From the NCBI GenBank assembly GCA_027319565.1, contig DAHVNA010000001.1, forward strand, positions 46,806 to 110,805: a stretch of 64,000 bases of DNA. The letters are read 5' to 3'. Within the stretch, counting starts at the first letter, position 1. The number at the start of each line of letters is the position of its first letter. Both the position numbers and the translations under genes were made by a program. Below, piece after piece: positions 10,075 to 19,352 of this stretch. The notes below the pieces were generated by a model that was not told the DNA's origin, ran no database searches, and was given only the letters and a program-made list of their open reading frames with translations. This stretch comes from Elusimicrobiota bacterium. GTDB taxonomy: Bacteria > Elusimicrobiota > Elusimicrobia > UBA1565 > UBA9628.

Positions 10075-10103
10075 ACTATAACACGATCGATTGGAATTGT
10101 CAA
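10075..10103 (-). promoter_or_regulatory. Sigma70-type promoter candidate for vapBC, with imperfect inverted repeat over the -10
   Basis: Minus strand reads TTGACA (10103-10098), 17-nt spacer, TATAGT (10080-10075). Flanking ATCGAT...ATCGAT and TGTTATAG/TATTACA half-sites overlap the -10. Confidence 0.4.
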
Positions 10104-10990
10104 TGCGCGTTTTTTGAAGGGGAGTTCTTTTCTTTCGCCGCGGATTTAAGCATGGCCGCGGCGGTGTAAACGACGACTAAAATGACAAGCCAGCGAATCA
10201 AGGTCAACGGGAGAGATTTAACCACGTAGGCGGCGATCAAAACGGCTGGACTTCCGCCAATAGTCAGACCCAAGGCCGGACCAGCTTCATATTTCTTTTC
10301 CTTAATAAAACGCGCGGCGGCGACCGGCATTAAAAACGCGCAGGAACCCATCATGATGGGAAAAGCCGCCTTCGGATTCATTCCTAAAAGGCTAATCAAG
10401 ATCATGCAGGGGGCGTAGAGCCCGATTCCCAGGGTCATTAAGGCGCCTAAAATGAAGTTGCCTAAAACGGCGATGATAAGTCTTAGCCCCCAAAGCTTTT
10501 CAGCGATTCCCCCGGCCGGAAATAGCCCGAAATTGGAAGCCAGAAAAATGCCGGCCGCGACAAAAAGGGCGATTCCCATGCCGATTTGAATTTTACGGCG
10601 AGAAAGCGAAGCGACGATTCCCGATCCCAGCCAGGCGCCGACAACGGAGGCGGCAATCATCAAGACCAAGGTCTTGGCCTCCACCGAGACAATGGCGATA
10701 AAGATTAAGGCCTCAAGCAAGGTCGGTATCGTGTGACCGACATTGAGGGTTCCGGGGATATTTTCATCGGAGACCACTTTGGCGATTTTAAAAAGGGCGG
10801 TGGTGGTGGCAAAAGAGCCGATTCCCAAGGTGTCGAGAAAATCGGTCGCAAAACCGATGGCCGATTCCGCGAGAGTGGGCATGAGCCGGCGGGAAAAATC
10901 CTTGCTCGATAAGAGAGCCTTGATCCAAATAAAAATAAAAGCAACCCCAAAAACCCCCAGGGCGACAAACAGCGCGAATTTGAGAGACAT
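10100..10990 (-). CDS. Polytopic membrane protein, probable TauE/SafE (DUF81) anion-exporter family
   Basis: 296 aa, about 8 hydrophobic segments with a two-fold internal organisation. Family assignment is from overall look only (FLDTLGIGSFA..., LGIGLYAP...). Confidence 0.5.
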   Translation of the reverse strand: MSLKFALFVALGVFGVAFIFIWIKALLSSKDFSRRLMPTLAESAIGFATDFLDTLGIGSFATTTALFKIAKVVSDENIPGTLNVGHTIPTLLEALIFIAIVSVEAKTLVLMIAASVVGAWLGSGIVASLSRRKIQIGMGIALFVAAGIFLASNFGLFPAGGIAEKLWGLRLIIAVLGNFILGALMTLGIGLYAPCMILISLLGMNPKAAFPIMMGSCAFLMPVAAARFIKEKKYEAGPALGLTIGGSPAVLIAAYVVKSLPLTLIRWLVILVVVYTAAAMLKSAAKEKNSPSKNAH

Positions 10991-11054
10991 TGAATAGAGG
11001 ATAACACTTTCATTAATGGAATTTTAACGCCCGGCCCTGTTAAAATAGAGAGGT

Positions 11055-11144
11055 ATGGCGTATAGTTACATCGTCTCGGGCGTGCTGGTCATTGTGTTAT
11101 TGATTTATATGCTCTTTGCCTTGTTTAAGCCGGAGTGGTTCTAG
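11055..11144 (+). CDS. kdpF: K+-transporting ATPase subunit F (29 aa, not in the ORF track)
   Basis: ATG at 11055. Product is MAYSYIVSGVLVIVLLIYMLFALFKPEWF, a single TM helix ending 7 nt before the kdpA ATG. Size, hydrophobicity and position are typical of KdpF. Confidence 0.7.
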   Translation: MAYSYIVSGVLVIVLLIYMLFALFKPEWF

Positions 11145-11151
11145 GTGTTTT

Positions 11152-12834
11152 ATGACCATTAATGATTGGATTCAAATAGGGGTTTATCTTGGAGTTTTGC
11201 TTCTCTTGGTCAAGCCTTTGGGGCTTTACATGGCCAAAATTTTCGAGGGAGAATGGCCCGGTCCCCGCGTTTCTTCCCTTGTGGAGCGTCCGATCTATCG
11301 CCTATTTGGAGTTGATGACTCATCCGAGATGAATTGGAAGTCTTATGCCGTTTCCATGCTTCTCTTTAATTTTTTTGGCTTTGTCATCGTCTACGCCATT
11401 GAGAGATTGCAGTTTTATTTGCCGCTGAATCCTCAAAAATTCGCCGGAGTTCCGCCGGATTTGGCCTTTAACACCGCGGTCAGTTTTGTGACCAACACCA
11501 ATTGGCAGGCTTATGGGGGCGAGACCACCATGAGTTATTTGACCCAGATGGCGGCCCTCACCACCCAGAACTTCGTTTCGGCGGCCTCCGGCATGGCGGT
11601 TTTAATCGCCTTGATTCGAGGCATTACCCGCAAACAGACGGAGTGGTTGGGAAATTTCTGGGTTGATTTAACGCGCGGCGTCCTTTATATTCTTTTGCCT
11701 CTTTCTTTCCTTTTGGCCCTGGCTTTAATTTCCCAGGGCGTCATCCAGAATTTTAGCCCTTATCGCATGGTTCAAGATAAACTAATCCCCATGGGGCCAG
11801 CCGCTTCTCAAATCGCGATTAAACAATTGGGAACCAACGGCGGGGGTTTTTTTAACGCCAATTCCGCCCATCCCTTTGAAAATCCCACTCCGCTGTCAAA
11901 CTTTTTGGAGATGTTGTCCATTCCCCTCATTGCGGCTGCTTTATGCTACACCTTTGGCGCTATGGTTAAAGACGTCAAACAAGGATGGGGGATACTGACG
12001 GCGATGGTCTTGATTTTTGTTCCGCTCCTTTTAATGGCCGTTCATTCCGAGCGGGCGGGAAACCCGGCTTTTGCGTCCTTGGGCATCGATCAATCGTCGG
12101 GCAACATGGAGGGAAAAGAAGTTCGCTTAGGCGCCGTCAATTCGGCCTTGTGGGGGGCGGTGACAACCGCGACCTCCAATGGTTCTGTCAATTCCATGCA
12201 TGATTCCTTTATGCCTTTAGGCGGATTTGTCACTCTTTTCATGATGCAGTTAAGCGAAGTCGTTTTTGGCGGAGTCGGCTGCGGCCTCTATGGGATGCTC
12301 GCCTTTGTCTTCGTGGCGGTCTTTGTCGCGGGATTAATGGTGGGGCGCACTCCAGAATATTTGGGAAAAAAGATAGAGAGTTTTGAGATGCAAATGGCTT
12401 CCGTCGTCATTTTGATCATGCCGGCTATTGTCTTGGCGTCAACCGCGATTGCCGTCAGCTGTGAGATTGGAAAATCCGCCGTTTCAAATCCCGGGCCGCA
12501 CGGGTTTAGCCAGATTCTCTATGCCTTTACTTCCATGGGAAATAACAACGGAAGCGCTTTCGCCGGGCTTAATGCCGATAACCCCTTTTATAATATCCTC
12601 GGGGGCTGGGTCATGCTTTTAAGCCGCTTTTGGGTGAAAATTCCGGTCCTGGCCATGGCGGGATCTCTCGCGCGGAAAAAGATCATTCCCTCCGGCCCCG
12701 GAACTTTGCGGACTTCCTCTGTCTTATTTATCGGGCTGTTAATCGGGGTTGTTCTCATCGTCGGAGTTTTGTCGTTTGTTCCCGCCTTGGCCTTGGGGCC
12801 CATCGCGGAATATTTGGGAATGGCCCATCTATGA
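11152..12834 (+). CDS. kdpA: K+-transporting ATPase subunit A
   Basis: [31 protein letters not shown]..., [10 protein letters not shown] and [19 protein letters not shown] selectivity-filter-like repeats. The ATG at 11152 is preferred over the ORF-track start, which overlaps kdpF. Confidence 0.95.
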   Translation: MTINDWIQIGVYLGVLLLLVKPLGLYMAKIFEGEWPGPRVSSLVERPIYRLFGVDDSSEMNWKSYAVSMLLFNFFGFVIVYAIERLQFYLPLNPQKFAGVPPDLAFNTAVSFVTNTNWQAYGGETTMSYLTQMAALTTQNFVSAASGMAVLIALIRGITRKQTEWLGNFWVDLTRGVLYILLPLSFLLALALISQGVIQNFSPYRMVQDKLIPMGPAASQIAIKQLGTNGGGFFNANSAHPFENPTPLSNFLEMLSIPLIAAALCYTFGAMVKDVKQGWGILTAMVLIFVPLLLMAVHSERAGNPAFASLGIDQSSGNMEGKEVRLGAVNSALWGAVTTATSNGSVNSMHDSFMPLGGFVTLFMMQLSEVVFGGVGCGLYGMLAFVFVAVFVAGLMVGRTPEYLGKKIESFEMQMASVVILIMPAIVLASTAIAVSCEIGKSAVSNPGPHGFSQILYAFTSMGNNNGSAFAGLNADNPFYNILGGWVMLLSRFWVKIPVLAMAGSLARKKIIPSGPGTLRTSSVLFIGLLIGVVLIVGVLSFVPALALGPIAEYLGMAHL

Positions 12835-14894
12835 AGCCGACATCCAGAAAGAAGTCTTTGTTTGACCCGCCGCTCCTGAGAAGGGCGGCGCTCGATTCCT
12901 TTCTTAAATTATCGCCGCGCAATCAGATGAGAAATCCGGTGATGTTTTGCGTTTTTGTCGGGGCGATTTTAAGCTCGGGCTTATTTGTCCAGAGTCTTCT
13001 GGGAACGGGAGAAGCCCCTTCCGGTTTTATCTTTCAGATTTCAGCGTGGCTGTGGTTTACCCTTTTGTTCGCCAATTTCGCCGAAGCGATGGCGGAGGGG
13101 CGGGGCAAGGCTCAGGCGGAGAGTTTAAGAAAGACCCGAAAGGAGGTCAAGGCCAGAAAATTGAGTTCTGCCCAAAAAAATTCGGATTTTGTCGTCGTCT
13201 CTTCATCGGAACTCCGCTCTGGAGATATCGTTTTAGTTCAAGCCGGCGACTTTATCCCGGGAGACGGAGAAGTCATCGAGGGAATCGCTTCGGTCAATGA
13301 AAGCGCGATCACCGGCGAAAGCGCGCCGGTCATCCGGGAAAGCGGCGGGGATCGCAGCGCGGTGACCGGAGGGACCTTGGTCCTGTCCGATTGGATTATC
13401 GTTAAAATATCCGCCAATCCCGGCGAGGCCTTTTTAGATAGAATGATCGCGCTGGTTGAAGGCGCCAAACGCCAAAAAACTCCCAATGAAATCGCCCTCA
13501 ATATTTTACTGGCGGCGTTGACCATTATTTTCTTGTTGGTCTGCGCGACGCTCCTTCCTTTTTCCATTTATAGCGCGGGCGTCTCCGGCCATGGAAATCC
13601 CGTGACGATCACGGTTTTAATCGCGCTTTTTGTCTGCTTGGCGCCGACCACGATAGGCGGTCTTTTGTCGGCTATTGGCGTGGCAGGCATGGACCGAATG
13701 ATTCAAGCCAACGTCATCGCGACCTCAGGAAGAGCGGTCGAGGCGGCGGGAGACGTGGACATCCTTTTATTGGATAAGACCGGAACGATTACTCTCGGCA
13801 ATCGCCAGGCTGTCGAACTCATTGCGGCTCCCGGAGTTTCAGAGGGTGATCTGGCCGATGCGGCCCAATTGTCCTCCTTGGCGGATGAGACTCCCGAAGG
13901 GCGCAGCATTGTCGTCTTGACCAAGGAGCGTTATGGAATTAGGGCCCGGCAGTTGCGGGAGTTGGGAGCAAGTTTCATTCCTTTTAGCGCGCGCACCCGG
14001 ATGAGCGGCGTCAACATTGAAGACCGCGCCATCCGTAAAGGGGCCGCCGAGGCGATAGAGGCGTTTATCCAAGATCAAAACGGGGTGTATCCGAGGGAGA
14101 TTAAAGAGTTGGTCGAAAGAGTCGCCAGACAGGGAGAAACTCCCTTGGTTTTTGCCGACGGCCCCAAGGTCTTGGGAATCGTCCGCTTAAAGGATATCGT
14201 CAAAGGCGGCATCCGCGAGAGATTCGCTGATTTAAGGAAAATGGGAATTCGGACGATCATGGTGACCGGCGACAATTCCTTGACCGCCGCGGCCATTGCC
14301 GCGGAAGCGGGGGTGGATGATTTTCTCGCGCAAGCCTCTCCGGAAGCGAAACTCCGCTATATTCGCGATCTTCAAAAAGAAGGGCGCCTGGTCGCGATGA
14401 CGGGAGACGGGACCAATGACGCTCCGGCCTTGGCTCAAGCGGATGTGGCGGTCGCGATGAACACGGGAACGCAGGCGGCCAAGGAAGCGGGCAATATGGT
14501 GGATTTAGATTCCAATCCGACCAAGCTCATCGAAATTGTCGAGATTGGAAAACAATTATTGATGACTCGCGGCGCCTTGACCACTTTTAGCATCGCCAAT
14601 GATATCGCGAAATATTTTGCCATCATCCCAGCGGCCTTTGTCGGCGTCTATCCCTCTTTAAACGCGCTCAACGTCATGCATCTCTCAAATCCTCAAAACG
14701 CCATTCTTTCCGCCGTTATTTTTAACGCCCTTATCATCGTGTTTCTCATTCCCCTGGCCTTAAGAGGCGTTCGCTATCGCCACGTTTCTGCCGAAGAGCT
14801 TTTGCGCCGGCATGTTTTGATTTACGGTTTAGGCGGCCTCATCGTTCCCTTTGTCGGAATCAAGATGATTGACCTTATTTTGAGGTGGATTTAA
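12831..14894 (+). CDS. kdpB: K+-transporting P-type ATPase subunit B
   Basis: [11 protein letters not shown] (phosphorylation site), MVTGDN and [21 protein letters not shown]. The ATG at 12831 overlaps the kdpA stop (ATGA). The 67-aa upstream extension in the ORF track lies inside kdpA. Confidence 0.97.
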   Translation: MKPTSRKKSLFDPPLLRRAALDSFLKLSPRNQMRNPVMFCVFVGAILSSGLFVQSLLGTGEAPSGFIFQISAWLWFTLLFANFAEAMAEGRGKAQAESLRKTRKEVKARKLSSAQKNSDFVVVSSSELRSGDIVLVQAGDFIPGDGEVIEGIASVNESAITGESAPVIRESGGDRSAVTGGTLVLSDWIIVKISANPGEAFLDRMIALVEGAKRQKTPNEIALNILLAALTIIFLLVCATLLPFSIYSAGVSGHGNPVTITVLIALFVCLAPTTIGGLLSAIGVAGMDRMIQANVIATSGRAVEAAGDVDILLLDKTGTITLGNRQAVELIAAPGVSEGDLADAAQLSSLADETPEGRSIVVLTKERYGIRARQLRELGASFIPFSARTRMSGVNIEDRAIRKGAAEAIEAFIQDQNGVYPREIKELVERVARQGETPLVFADGPKVLGIVRLKDIVKGGIRERFADLRKMGIRTIMVTGDNSLTAAAIAAEAGVDDFLAQASPEAKLRYIRDLQKEGRLVAMTGDGTNDAPALAQADVAVAMNTGTQAAKEAGNMVDLDSNPTKLIEIVEIGKQLLMTRGALTTFSIANDIAKYFAIIPAAFVGVYPSLNALNVMHLSNPQNAILSAVIFNALIIVFLIPLALRGVRYRHVSAEELLRRHVLIYGLGGLIVPFVGIKMIDLILRWI

Positions 14895-14895
14895 G

Positions 14896-15501
14896 ATGAC
14901 AGCCAAAGAAATCCAAAATCAAAGCGTCATTGCCCTCAAGGTCATCTGCTTTTTTACGATTTTATTGGGGCTTCTCTATCCTGCCCTTGTGACCGCGTTC
15001 GGACAGGTTTTGTTTCCCCGGCAGGCTCAAGGCAGCTTGATTGTCGATAGCGGCCAGGTCCGCGGCTCGGCTTTGATTGGTCAATCCTTTGACGGAGATA
15101 ATTACTTTTGGGGGAGACCGTCGGCGACCAGTCCTGATCCTTATAATTCCGCTTCATCTTCAGGCTCTAATTGGGGGCCCAATAATCCCGCCCTTTGGGC
15201 GGCGGTGAAAGAGCGGATCGCCTTCTACAGAAAAAATAATCCCTCCTCCAAAAAAATACCCGTCGATTTAGTGACCGCCTCCGGAAGCGGCCTTGACCCC
15301 GATATTAGCCCCGAGGCCGCTTTTTTTCAGGTCAAAAGAGTCGCTCATGCGCGGGGAATTTCCGAAGCCGTCGTTCAAAAGCTGGTCCAAGACCATATTC
15401 AAACGCGGCAATGGGGGTTTTTAGGCGAACCCCGGGTCAATGTGTTACTCCTCAATCTGGCGCTAGACAGGATTTCCAAAAATACCCCGGTTTCAAGATA
15501 G
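14896..15501 (+). CDS. kdpC: K+-transporting ATPase subunit C
   Basis: 201 aa, single N-terminal [10 protein letters not shown]...[13 protein letters not shown] and [17 protein letters not shown] motifs are typical of KdpC. Confidence 0.93.
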   Translation: MTAKEIQNQSVIALKVICFFTILLGLLYPALVTAFGQVLFPRQAQGSLIVDSGQVRGSALIGQSFDGDNYFWGRPSATSPDPYNSASSSGSNWGPNNPALWAAVKERIAFYRKNNPSSKKIPVDLVTASGSGLDPDISPEAAFFQVKRVAHARGISEAVVQKLVQDHIQTRQWGFLGEPRVNVLLLNLALDRISKNTPVSR

Positions 15502-15558
15502 CTGTCGACTTCCTTGGGTCTTGCCTCAAGGGGGCCGAATCGCTACAATGGTAAAAAG

Positions 15559-18225
15559 ATGCCTGAGCGCCCAAACCCCGAAGAAATTCTATCCCAGATT
15601 CAACAAGAAGAAAATAGCGAGCTTTTTGGAAAGCTAAAAGTTTTTTTAGGGGCCGCTCCCGGAGTGGGGAAAACCTTTTCGATGCTGGAGGCCGCCCGCC
15701 TTAAACAAGAAGAGGGCCTCGATGTGGTGGTGGGCGTTGTCGAAACTCATGGGCGAGAGGAAACTCAAGAGCGGCTGGCTGGCCTTGAGGTCTTGCCCCG
15801 AAAAAAAATTCTCTATCACAATGTCGAACTCCTTGAATTCGATCTCGATGCGGCAATCAAGCGCGCTCCGGCATTGATTTTAGTTGACGAGCTCGCTCAT
15901 TCCAATGCGCCGGGCTCTCGCCATGTCAAGCGTTGGCAGGACGTTCAGGAATTACTCGCCTGCGGAATTGACGTTTATACCACGGTCAATATTGGTCATC
16001 TGGAAAGTCTCAATGACATCGTTTCCCAGATTACTGGCGTGACCATTAGGGAGACTATTCCCGATTCGATTATCGAAAAAGCCGCGTCGGTCGAATTAGT
16101 CGATTTGCCGCCGGAAGAACTCATCGAGCGTTTAAAAGACGGCAAGGTTTATTTTAGCGATCAAGCGAGAATCGCGGAGAAGAATTTCTTTAAGATCGGA
16201 AATCTAACGGCGCTCAGGGAATTGGCGCTGCGGATGACGGCCGAGAGAGTCAACGACCAGGTTCAAGCGCGCCGGGGACAAGAGCCGGATGGAAAAACCT
16301 GGCCTACGACCGAGAGAATTCTTGTCTGCGTGGGGCCGGGCCCGGGCGCGGCCAAGCTTGTTCGGGCGGCAAAGAGAATGGCTGCGGCTTTGCGCGCGGA
16401 ATGGACGGCGGTTTTTGTCGATTCGGCGCGAAGAATTTCTTCTTCCGCGTTTAGAGACTCGGCCATCGAAAATTTAAGGCTGGCCGAACAATTGGGCGCT
16501 GAGACGATTACGCTGACCGGCATGGATGTGGCTGAGGAAATCGTCAGTTTCGCCCGCTCTAAAAACGTCACCAAGATTATCATCGGGAAAAACGCTAAAA
16601 GAAGTTTCAAGGATTATTGGAAAGGTCCGGATCTTCTTGATGAGGTGATTCGCAAAAGCGGGGAGATCGAAGTTTGCGTGGTAATGGGAAACCCTCAAAG
16701 AGTCGTTAAAAGGACGGTCGAGGAAGCGCGGGAAAAATTATCCCTGGTTAATTATGGAATCGCCTTTGGCGTTTTTCTCTTGTGCACGCTGGTTTCTTTT
16801 TTGGTTTATGCGCATTTATCCCTGATTAACATCATCATGATCTATTTATTGGGAACGGTCGTTGTCGCCGCTCGGGGAGATCGTTGGGTCTCGATTTGGA
16901 TGTCGGTCTTAAGCGTTTTGGCTTTTGATTTCTTTTTTGTCGCGCCTAGATTTAATTTCGCCGTTTCGGACAGCCAGTATGTATTGACCTTTTTGATTTT
17001 TCTCGCCGTCTCTCTTTTAATTAGCCATTTGTCCGGCGCGATTCGCCGCCAGGCCGAGATTGCCCAGATTAACGAAAGACGGACGGCGGCCCTTCACGGC
17101 TTAAGCCGCCGCTTGGCGGTGGCCATTGGGACCGAGAATATCCTCTCCGTCGCGGCGCCCCATCTGGCGGAGGTTTTTGATGGATCGGCCGCTATTTTTC
17201 TTCCGGATTCCAAGGGGAATCTCGCCTTAAAAGAGGCGGCTCCCAAGGAAGAAAAAGCCGACGCCAAGGAACTGACTATCGCCCAATGGGTCTATGATAT
17301 CGGACAATCGGCGGGGTTTGGAACTCAAACCCTTCCATTTCTGGACGCGATCTATTTGCCTCTCAAGGGAGCCAATGCCTTGGTCGGCACCCTGAGGCTT
17401 AAGCCAAAAGATAAAAACAGGCTTTTGCTTCCGGAACAGCTTTTTCTGGTTGAAGCCTTTAGCAATCAAATTGCCTTGGCTTTGGAGGTTTATCGCCTTC
17501 AAGAGACTACCCGCCAATCCCAGATCGAGATTGAATCGGAGAAAATGAGAAATTCCCTCTTAAGTTCGGTTTCCCATGATTTAAGAACGCCCTTGGCGGC
17601 GATTATCGGCTCTGCTTCGACACTGCTAGAAAGAGATTCCTGGGCGGATATCAAGGCGGCCAAGGATCTCATTAAAAACATCTATGATTCCGGCTTGAGT
17701 TTGAGTCGCTTGGTCGGAAATCTGTTGCATGCGACCCGGCTTGATGCCGGAGCGATCCCTCTAAACCGCAGAAAAGTTTCTTTGGATGAAATTCTCGAAT
17801 CGGCTATCCATAAGCTTGAAGCGGTCTTGGCGGGGAAAGCTTTTAACATCGATATTCCGAAAGATTTCCCGTTGATTCCAGTCGACGATGCCCTTTTTGA
17901 GCAAGTTTTTATCAATCTGTTGGATAACGCGGCTAAATACGCCCCCGCCGATTCTCCGTTAGATATCAGCGCTTCCATTGAAGGCAATCAATGCCTGATT
18001 CAAATCGCCGATCGCGGGCCGGGGCTCGATCCCCAGGAAGCGGAGCAAATTTTTGATAAGTTTTACCGCGGGTCCCAAGCAAAACAAAAAGTCGGAACGG
18101 GGCTGGGCTTGACTATTTGCCGCGCCATTGTCAAAGCTCATGGGGGAAAAATTTGGGTTGAAAATCGCGCGGGCGGAGGCTCCATTTTTAAAATCTTGAT
18201 TCCTTTGACTGAATCTCATGCCTGA
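15559..18225 (+). CDS. kdpD: Sensor histidine kinase KdpD
   Basis: N-terminal KdpD domain (GKLKVFLGAAPGVGKTFSML), Usp-like region, 4 TM, H-box SHDLRTPLAAI, N/G boxes LLDNAAKYA and GTGLGLTICRAIV. The ATG at 15559 is preferred; a TTG at 15514 is possible. Confidence 0.93.
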   Translation: MPERPNPEEILSQIQQEENSELFGKLKVFLGAAPGVGKTFSMLEAARLKQEEGLDVVVGVVETHGREETQERLAGLEVLPRKKILYHNVELLEFDLDAAIKRAPALILVDELAHSNAPGSRHVKRWQDVQELLACGIDVYTTVNIGHLESLNDIVSQITGVTIRETIPDSIIEKAASVELVDLPPEELIERLKDGKVYFSDQARIAEKNFFKIGNLTALRELALRMTAERVNDQVQARRGQEPDGKTWPTTERILVCVGPGPGAAKLVRAAKRMAAALRAEWTAVFVDSARRISSSAFRDSAIENLRLAEQLGAETITLTGMDVAEEIVSFARSKNVTKIIIGKNAKRSFKDYWKGPDLLDEVIRKSGEIEVCVVMGNPQRVVKRTVEEAREKLSLVNYGIAFGVFLLCTLVSFLVYAHLSLINIIMIYLLGTVVVAARGDRWVSIWMSVLSVLAFDFFFVAPRFNFAVSDSQYVLTFLIFLAVSLLISHLSGAIRRQAEIAQINERRTAALHGLSRRLAVAIGTENILSVAAPHLAEVFDGSAAIFLPDSKGNLALKEAAPKEEKADAKELTIAQWVYDIGQSAGFGTQTLPFLDAIYLPLKGANALVGTLRLKPKDKNRLLLPEQLFLVEAFSNQIALALEVYRLQETTRQSQIEIESEKMRNSLLSSVSHDLRTPLAAIIGSASTLLERDSWADIKAAKDLIKNIYDSGLSLSRLVGNLLHATRLDAGAIPLNRRKVSLDEILESAIHKLEAVLAGKAFNIDIPKDFPLIPVDDALFEQVFINLLDNAAKYAPADSPLDISASIEGNQCLIQIADRGPGLDPQEAEQIFDKFYRGSQAKQKVGTGLGLTICRAIVKAHGGKIWVENRAGGGSIFKILIPLTESHA

Positions 18226-18913
18226 ACTGATTTTGCTCATTGAAGACGACTCTTCTATTAGGCGTTTTGTGTCGGCGTCTTTGTCCGACCAAGGGTTTAA
18301 GGCGCTTGAAGCCGTCACCGGAAAAACCGGGTTGGAATATTTAGTTTCTCATAAGCCCGCTTTGGTTCTTTTGGATTTGGGGCTTCCGGACGGAAATGGA
18401 ATTGAGGTTCTCAAGCGCATTCGGGAGTGGTCCCGGGTCCCCGTCATCATCATTTCCGCGCGGGGGCAAGAAAGGGATAAGGTCGCGGGGCTTGACGCCG
18501 GCGCGGATGATTATTTGAGCAAGCCCTTCGGCGCGGCCGAGTTGTTGGCGCGGATTCGAGTCTCTCTGAGGAGATTTAAAGCCGACGGAGGCGATTTCCC
18601 GGTTTTTAAGACCGGAGATCTCAAGGTCGATCTGTCCAAACATCATGTTTGGATTGGGAAAAAAGAAATCCATCTATCTCCAATTCAATATAAGATTCTT
18701 GCCATCTTGGTTCGCCAAGCGGGTCGGGTGGTGACCAGGGAGAAATTGCTCGATGAAGTTTGGGGTCCGGATAAGGATGCCGGAATCGATTCGGTGCGAA
18801 TTTACATGCATCAATTGCGGAGAAAAATAGAAAAAAATCCCTTGCGTCCGCAGTATTTAAAAACCGAACTGGGCGTGGGATACCGGATGATTACGGATGA
18901 GGAGCGGATTTAA
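18218..18913 (+). CDS. kdpE: OmpR-family response regulator KdpE
   Basis: Receiver domain (LILLIEDD...LVLLDLGLPDGNG...SKPF) plus a winged-helix output (LSPIQYKILAILV...GVGYRM). Overlaps the end of kdpD. Confidence 0.9.
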   Translation: MPELILLIEDDSSIRRFVSASLSDQGFKALEAVTGKTGLEYLVSHKPALVLLDLGLPDGNGIEVLKRIREWSRVPVIIISARGQERDKVAGLDAGADDYLSKPFGAAELLARIRVSLRRFKADGGDFPVFKTGDLKVDLSKHHVWIGKKEIHLSPIQYKILAILVRQAGRVVTREKLLDEVWGPDKDAGIDSVRIYMHQLRRKIEKNPLRPQYLKTELGVGYRMITDEERI

Positions 18914-18929
18914 TATCATATACTAAAAT

Positions 18930-19265
18930 ATGTCTAAAAACGAGGAGATGGTGTTTAAAATCAAGGCGGATTTTCTCAAGTCTCTCGCGCATCCCGTGCG
19001 CCTTCAGATTATCGAATACCTCAAGGACAAGGAGTCCTCGGTGGGGGAGATGGTCAAGAATTTAAGCGTCGAGCAATCCGGGCTCTCCAAGCATTTGGCG
19101 ATCTTGCGCCAATCGGGGATATTGAGTTCTCGGCAGGAAAAAGTGACGGTTTTTTATTCGGTCCGGGATCGCGATATTTTCAAGATTTTGCGCCCTATCG
19201 CCGAGATTTTGGCTAAAAGACTCAAGGAAGGCCAGGAAATTTTATCCCAGCTGGGTATTTCTTGA
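18930..19265 (+). CDS. ArsR/SmtB-family transcriptional regulator
   Basis: 111 aa. FLKSLAHPVRLQIIEYLKDKESSVGEMVKNLSVEQSGLSKHLAILRQSGIL is the ArsR-type wHTH. Confidence 0.8.
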   Translation: MSKNEEMVFKIKADFLKSLAHPVRLQIIEYLKDKESSVGEMVKNLSVEQSGLSKHLAILRQSGILSSRQEKVTVFYSVRDRDIFKILRPIAEILAKRLKEGQEILSQLGIS

Positions 19266-19352
19266 TGGATTTGAAATTATATGCTAAATTGGGAATATAT
19301 TCATATTTTAGTCGAAGGCGTCGCGAGATAATCAATTTACAGGGAGGTTTAT

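Noticed and set aside
12630-12830. N-terminal extensions in the ORF track: kdpB from 12630, kdpA from 11116, vapC from 9936, DUF262 from 23385, GT4 from 37343, flippase-like from 38344, GT2 from 40889, HyfE-like from 30718, HycE-like from 28633, E1 beta from 51077, GPx from 58003, acnA from 58607, CPXCG from 58746
   Set aside because: Each extension overlaps the preceding gene. An internal start either overlaps or abuts the upstream stop (ATGA/TTGA/TAATG type coupling) or has a clear Shine-Dalgarno. The shorter coordinates are used.
19266-19352. Short AT-rich inverted repeats (AATAT-ATTC-ATATT; CATAT-N6-ATATG near 18915-18935) as possible ArsR-type operators around the arsR-like gene and pckG
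   Set aside because: The arms are only 5 bp in very AT-rich sequence, which is expected by chance. They do not support a feature call.
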